Shown: in pieces, positions 60,379 through 64,000 of the stretch | Numbering within the stretch: the first letter of the stretch is position 1 | Layout: every line of letters starts with the position of its first letter | Made by a program: the position numbers and the translations under genes | From: an uncultured Armatimonadia bacterium | GTDB lineage: Bacteria > Armatimonadota > Zipacnadia > CAVVLO01 | Direction of reading: 5' to 3' | DNA length: 64,000 nt | Assembly: GCA_963749155.1 (NCBI GenBank) | Contig: CAVVLO010000002.1 | Coordinates: 1,472,001 to 1,536,000 of the forward strand | The notes under the pieces: generated by a model | What the model was told of the DNA's origin: nothing | What the model saw: only the letters and a program-made list of their open reading frames with translations | Databases searched by the model: none

Positions 60379-62905
60379 ATGAAACTCATCCTGCTGCTTG
60401 CCGTGACGCTCTGGCTCACGGCTTCTCTTGCTCACGCTGATAATCTGCCTAGTAAAGGGAGACTTTTCTGCTGCAGGGCAAGAAGGTGGCTTGCCCGACG
60501 CCTGGCAGTTCACGATTGGCAACCAGGCTGATGCCACAGCGACCCTCACTACTGATCCCGCAAGGCCTGAGCTTGGTTGTGTCAAGCTGACGAACACCAC
60601 AGCTTTTGCGCCTCACACTTATGGCACTTTCTACTCAGCCGAGACCCCTGTGAAACCTGACACCGACTACTGCCTGTCGCTGTGGGCCAGGGGTGAGGCC
60701 ACCAGCGCGTGCTGGTTTGGCGGCGGGTATGAATGGCTGTGCAGGAAGGGCATGCCAACGGGTGACTTCGGCTGGGAGCGATATTCTGTCTTCTATCATA
60801 CGCGGCCCGACGAGACGATTTTTACCTTCCGCATCAACGTGGATGGGCCGACGAAGGCCCTCTACATCGCCCAGGCTCAGCTTGTTGAAGGCCTGGCGCA
60901 TGAGCCGCCGACCAATCCCGATTTGCTGGAAGCTCTAGCCGAGGCGGCTCTCGAGCGCGGCAACCTGCTGGCTAATGGGGGTTTCGAGCAGAAGCAGGGC
61001 CAGACCGAGCTACCTGCGAGCTGGAACTTCTGGCCAGGTGGCGAAGCCCAGGCTGAGGCGATACTGGAAGGGGGAGAGGCTTTCACCGGATTTCGCTGTG
61101 TCAGGCTCACCAACGCCTCGGAATACTACCCCAACCGGTTCGGCGGTTTTTCGGCCAAAAACGTCCCCGTTAAGCCTGACACTGATTATTGTCTTTCACT
61201 GGTCGCCAAGGGTCAGAAGACAAGCGCCTGCTGGTTTGGCGGAGGCGAAGGCTGGAGCTGCCGGTATGCGCTCCCAGAGGGCGATTTCGACTGGCAGCAA
61301 TTTACGATTACCTACCACACGGGGCCGGATGAGAAGACCTTCGGCTTTCGAGTGAATGTAGATGGCCCAACCGGGGCACTTTGGGTGGATGAGGCCCAGC
61401 TTGTCGAGGGAACGCAATCACTGCCTGGGGTCTATTCTCCTTCTCCGGGAGCGGTGGAAGTGCCGACCAGCCTCTTGCTGCGTAAAGAACCTCTAATTGT
61501 GACCGCTCTTGTTGGGGCCGAGGCTGCGCGCGAGCAGATTTTATCCTGGCAACTCCTGGACGCTGAAGGCAGGCCGAGTTACCACGGGCAGATCCCTGTC
61601 ACCTTTGAGGCAGAGGGCATAACAGTGAAGCAGGTAGAACTCGGACTTTTCGAGCCCGGCTATTATCTCGTGAAGGCGCAACTGGCAGAGGGAGTGGAAT
61701 ATTCGGCCAGCCTGGTCATCGTCCCGCGCGAGCAGCTTGCCCCCACGCTGGATGAAGCCTCACCTTTCGGCGTCAATCCGCATGGCTTTGGCAACGAAGC
61801 ATATGCCAGGCCTATGCAGTATCTGGGCGCAGGCGTGGTGCGCGGCGATTATCTGGAATGGCGCGGGGTGGAGCCTGAGCAAGGCAAGTTCGACTGGAGT
61901 TCTCCAGAGCGCGAGCTTCAACTCGCGAATCGGGCCGGCGCTCATCTGCTGGGGCTGCTTACCTATGTGCCAGTCTGGGCCAGCAGCAAGCCGGATAGTG
62001 AAGATCCAACTCACGAGGTGCCCCGCGATGTGACCGAATGGGCCGACTTCGTGCGGGCAGCGGTTTCCGCCTTTGACGGCCGGATGCCCTGGTTCGAGTT
62101 ATACAACGAACCTAATATCGGCTTCTTCAAAGGCACCGTCGATCAATTCTGGCCCCTGCTGAGGGAAGGTTATACAGCCGCCAAGCAGGTCGCGCCCGAT
62201 ACCCCAGTCGTCTTCCCAGGCGCCGCAGGGGTGCCACTGGACTGGATAGAGGCGCTCTACAAGCTGGGCGCGGCGGACTACTTCGATATTATGAACGTCC
62301 ACCCCTATCGTCACCCGAGCGCGCCTGAAGCTACCCCTTCCTTGCCAGAGGTTATCGCTAATCTGCGAGCCTTGATGGAGCGTTATGGCGACGGCGACAA
62401 GCCCATCTGGATGACCGAAGTCGGCTACTACAAGCAGGCAGCGGAAGAAGTCCACACCATTCCGGCAACCCCTGAGGCGCTTGATGCTTGTTATCTGGTG
62501 CGCACCTATGTGCTGGCGCTTTCTGCAGGGGTCAGTAAAGTGTTCTGGTACGAGTACCGGGGCGATTCCTTCGGCCTTATGAGGTCGGATGGATCACCCA
62601 GGCCTGCCTTCGGAGCTTACGCGACAATGACCTGGCTGCTCGAAGGCAAGTCCTATGTCGGAAAACTGGCATCACCAGAAGGGCTCGAACTTCGCGTCTT
62701 TGCGAGCGGGGAGGAAGCGATTGTCGTAGCCTGGGCGCCGAAGGAAGCGGTGGACTATCTGTTGGACTTCACTCCTGTCGAGGCGTGGACTCTTTATGGG
62801 GCGGCGCTGGCCTTGCCAGCCCAGGGAGAACCAATACAACTGGACGGGGCGCCAGTCTATCTCAAGTGCAAACTGGCCGATGTGACAAGCCTTCTGCTGA
62901 AGTAA
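60379..62905 (+). CDS. secreted clan GH-A (GH39-like) glycoside hydrolase with two CBM4/9-like domains; frameshift near 60448
   Basis: Signal peptide MKLILLLAV..AHA; duplicated domain (PVKPDTDYCLSL..ACWFGGG..FR.NVDGPT); ELYNEPN, NVHPY, IWMTEVG. Confidence 0.8.
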
Positions 62906-62933
62906 GAAGCTTGCCAAATCCCTCGAAAGAGAA

Positions 62934-62967
62934 CGGCGCGGTCCGAAGACCGCGCCGCTTCTACTTT
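62934..62967. terminator. intrinsic terminator hairpin between convergent genes
   Basis: cggcgcggtc-cgaa-gaccgcgccg followed by cttctacttt. Confidence 0.7.
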
Positions 62968-62989
62968 GGAGAGTCCAGGGGGTGAGTAT

Positions 62990-64000
62990 TTAGGTGCCAG
63001 CCAGCGTCTTGCCGCCAGCGTGACCCCATTGGGCTATATGTCCCTTGTCAATTGTCTCGGTAGCGCCCTTGGGCACGGCGATAAAGATGTAGTTGCCTGT
63101 ACCCCTTGTGAAGGTAAGCGTGGCAAAGGAAGGCATATTGTACATTGCCATTGCTCCGACCACCGCTGCCTGCGCGCCGGTATCCGCGTTGAGCGCATAG
63201 ATCTTGCAGGTGGTGCTGTAGAAATACGGCAACGGTTGGGCCAGGGTATAACTCACGCTGGCGCCCATCGAGGTCCAGGTTGGCGTCATCGAAGAGGGAT
63301 ACGACACCCCATAGTTCCAACAATGGAAGTTCTTCTCTTTACCTATCCACCTGAGTTCTATCTGGAAAGCATAGAAGCCCTTGGCTAACTGCCCGGCTGT
63401 GCCATAGTTTCCATCGAAGGTGTAGGTGTAAGTGCCATCTCCCTCAGTCGACATCCATAAGCCAATCTCGTCAGAAGTGTAGCCGGGAGACGTAAAGGGC
63501 GGCGGATATGCGGTGACGGGATAAGCCCACAGTGCGACATAAGCGCCATCAACGATGCTGGAAGGCAGGTCGGGCCCGTCGATTGTTACACTGAAATCGA
63601 CCGAGTCGTTGTTGGGGTCGGCTGGATCAAAATAGAAGAACGACGGCCACTGCTGGGCGACGGTCTTCGCGTCAGTGATAATGGGATCACAGCCGATATA
63701 GTCTTCATAGTAGGTGAAGTTTTGTGGCAGCCACGGCCCCATATCCTGCAGAGTATAGGTAAACGTGAAGCGCCAGGGGCCTCTGTGATAATCACTGGAG
63801 GGGAACGAATACGTGCGCCGGACGTGACGATCGTTCATCGCGACCCAGGGCGCTGTAGTGTAGCTGATATTCTGACCAGTGTGATTGGCAATCTCTTTGC
63901 AGTTGAGCACGCAGTTGGACATTGCCATCTGTGGCCAGGCGCCCCAGTCGACGTCAACCCGGACATAAGGGTCGAAGCAGGACTTGTTGTCCAGAGGATC
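62990..64000 (-). CDS. C-terminal part of a hypothetical Tyr/Thr-rich, probably extracellular protein (5' end outside the window)
   Basis: Frame stays open from 64000 (DPLDNKSCFDPY...) to the stop at 62990. Confidence 0.65.
   Translation of the reverse strand, partial: DPLDNKSCFDPYVRVDVDWGAWPQMAMSNCVLNCKEIANHTGQNISYTTAPWVAMNDRHVRRTYSFPSSDYHRGPWRFTFTYTLQDMGPWLPQNFTYYEDYIGCDPIITDAKTVAQQWPSFFYFDPADPNNDSVDFSVTIDGPDLPSSIVDGAYVALWAYPVTAYPPPFTSPGYTSDEIGLWMSTEGDGTYTYTFDGNYGTAGQLAKGFYAFQIELRWIGKEKNFHCWNYGVSYPSSMTPTWTSMGASVSYTLAQPLPYFYSTTCKIYALNADTGAQAAVVGAMAMYNMPSFATLTFTRGTGNYIFIAVPKGATETIDKGHIAQWGHAGGKTLAGT

Overview
A 64 kb GC-rich bacterial chromosomal segment. A diderm anaerobe, plausibly Armatimonadota, is inferred from the LptF/G permease, HrcA, a DUF1559/H-X9-DG prepilin-type gene, fused NfnAB and many sugar-metabolism genes. 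Most of the window is housekeeping and carbohydrate genes (rfbACD, recJ-rel-dtd, mnmA-hrcA, DUF1998 helicase, nfnAB, grpE, ftsZ, holA, yebC, leuS, CDF transporter, GH2, GH127-like, GH39-like). About 20 single-base frameshifts, including in ftsZ and leuS, point to uncorrected long-read indels, so split genes are mostly treated as intact. The most unusual region is 42.8-53.5 kb. It holds two homologous cassettes, each with a shared poly-G-spacer promoter, a membrane-anchored CxxC thioredoxin-fold protein, three tandem Cys-containing type IV pilin-like paralogues and a small secreted Cys-rich protein. The second cassette is bracketed by a 23-bp direct repeat and followed by a presenilin/SPP-like GxGD protease gene, and a tandem pair of variable-loop membrane proteins lies just upstream of the first. 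No rRNA, tRNA, CRISPR array, integrase, transposase or reverse transcriptase was recognised.
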